The position numbers and the translations under genes are program-made. A stretch of DNA of 64,000 nucleotides from NCBI GenBank assembly GCA_043228905.1, contig JBHGNT010000004.1, forward strand, positions 8,990,001-9,054,000, read 5' to 3'. This document shows positions 62,240 to 64,000 of this stretch, piece after piece. This DNA comes from Azolla caroliniana. Its lineage: Eukaryota; Plantae; Polypodiophyta. The first letter of the stretch is position 1, and every line of letters starts with the position of its first letter. The notes beneath the pieces are model-generated. The model saw nothing but the letters and a program-made list of their open reading frames with translations, did no database searches and had not been told where the DNA came from.

Positions 62240-64000
62240 TCTCGTGGTTCAGAGTCTGTGATCGAAGAAGAAGAAGAAGAAGAAGAAGACACTAGAACCA
62301 GAGTAGATCCCGAATCAGATGAGGATGAGGATCAGACGGAGGAACTGACAGTCAAAAACCAAGGACAGAGATATCCTCTCTGGGAGAGAAGAGGCCCCCG
62401 AAAATTTCCGAATGCAGAGCATGTGTTGCTAACCGATGAGGCGGAGCCGGAAAGCTCTGAAGAAGCAAGGGGAGACACCCACAACCGCAAGTGGTTGAGT
62501 GCCATGCAGGATGAGATGGTTTCCCTACATGAGAACCACACATACGAATTGGTGGAGTTGCCGAAAGGAAAGAGGGCACTCCGGAACAAGTGGGTGTACA
62601 AGCTGAAACTGGGAAACGCTGGAAATCCACCAAGGTATAAGGCTCGAATCATGGTGAAGGGCTTCCAACAGAAGAAAGGAGTGGACTTCGCTGAGACCTT
62701 TGCCCTAGTAGTAAAGATGGCATCCATCCGGACGGTATTGGGCATGGATCTAGAGGTAGAGCAACTGGACGTCAAGACGGCATTCCTACACGGAGATCTC
62801 GAAGAAGAGATCTACATGCATCAACCGGAAGGATTTGAGAAGAAAGGGAAGGAGTACCTGGTGTGCCAGCTAAAGAAGAGCTTATACGGACTAAAGCAAG
62901 CTCCCCAGCAATGGTACCGGAAGTTTGACTCCTTCATGACCGATCAAGGGTACCACAAGACGCAGGCCGATCACTGCATGTTTGTGAAGAAATTTGATGG
63001 AAGAGATTTCCTGATATTGCTCCTATACGTGGACGACATGTTGATTGTCGGACGAGACCAAGTCAAGATACGGATGCTCAAGAAGGCGCTTAACTAGACC
63101 TTCTCAATGAAAGACTTGGGTCCGGCAAAATAGATACCGGGGATGCACATCATCCAGGACCGGTCGAAGAAGCAATTGTGGCTGTCACAGGAAAAGTATG
63201 TGACAAAGGTGCTTCAGAGGTTAAACATGTTAAAAGCAAAACCGGTCAGATCGACACTACCGGCAAACTGCAGATTATCCAATAAGAAAAGCCCGAAGAC
63301 AAAGGCAGAGAAGGCGGATATGATGAAGATTCCATATGCCTCTACGATCAGGAGCTTGAGGTACGCAATGGTGTGTACTCGACCGGATATTGGATACGCA
63401 GTTGGAATGGTGAGTCGGTTCATGACCAACCTCGGAAAAGAGCACTAGAATGCAGTAAAATGGATACTCCGATACTTGAAGCGCACTTCGATTATGTGCC
63501 TCCAATTTGGCTCTGGTAAACCCCTCATGGAAGGCTTTACCGATTCGGATATGTCGACTGATGTGGACACCATCCGATCAACCTCCAGATATGTCATGAC
63601 CTATGCAGGGGGAGCCGTTTCATGGCAGTCGAGGCTGTAGAAGACGGTTGCGTTGTCCACCATGGAGGTGGAGTACATGGCAGTCGTGGAAGCCGACAAG
63701 GAAATATTATGGATGAAGGACTTCATCAGAGAGCTAGGGATCCGGCAAGAGGAATATTGGCTCTACTGCGACAGTCAAAGTGCCATCCACCTTGCAAAGA
63801 ACGTGGCATACCATTCTAGAACAAAGCACATCTAGCGCATGTACCACTGGATCCGAGAGCGAGTTGAAGATTGAGAGTTCATGCTAACGAAGATCCACAC
63901 GTAGGAGAACGGGTCAGATATGTTGACCAAGGTGCTGACACCCGACAAGCTGAACGCATGACGAAAGCGGATCGGATTTACAAGACATTCCATACCGGAG
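62240..64000 (+). pseudogene. Tork/Tnt1-like Copia RT-RNase H, degenerate; runs off the right edge
   Basis: LPKGKRALRNKWVYKLK, QLDVKTAFLHG, LLYVDDML, PYAS..LRYAMVCTRPDI and YCDSQSAIHLAKN..HSRTKHI motifs; multiple stops. Confidence 0.92.

Overview
Eukaryotic plant genomic DNA, most likely a seed-free land plant such as a fern (inferred from TE lineages and gene content). A central gene island (~27.6-48.4 kb) holds two intact-looking + strand genes: a 4-exon class III peroxidase of the PRX21/PRX42 type and a ~19-exon RAD54B/Rdh54-like SNF2 translocase with an N-terminal tandem-repeat expansion. Two dense nests of decayed retroelements flank the island. Left nest (1-27.6 kb): a Copia sits inside a Gypsy inside a Copia; a further Copia (itself carrying a Gypsy) and an RTE-X-like LINE sit inside that host's LTR. 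Right nest (48.4-64 kb): an L1 fragment, a Gypsy, a Copia carrying three TSD-flanked solo LTRs, and Tork-like Copia fragments. Many boundaries are resolved by TSDs. The most interesting signals are in the tRNA-Trp-primed Gypsy lineage: a conserved G_GAT_TTT slippery site plus covarying hairpin/pseudoknot that predicts a programmed -1 frameshift between protease and RT, and an antisense tRNA-like (Pol III A/B box) cassette inside the LTR. Also notable are telomeric repeats at the 5' truncation point of an L1, a LINE embedded in a (CT)n microsatellite, Copia elements with two PPT-like tracts and a conserved Pol C-terminal motif, and SIM-like repeats in RAD54B. No prokaryotic features and no CRISPR array.
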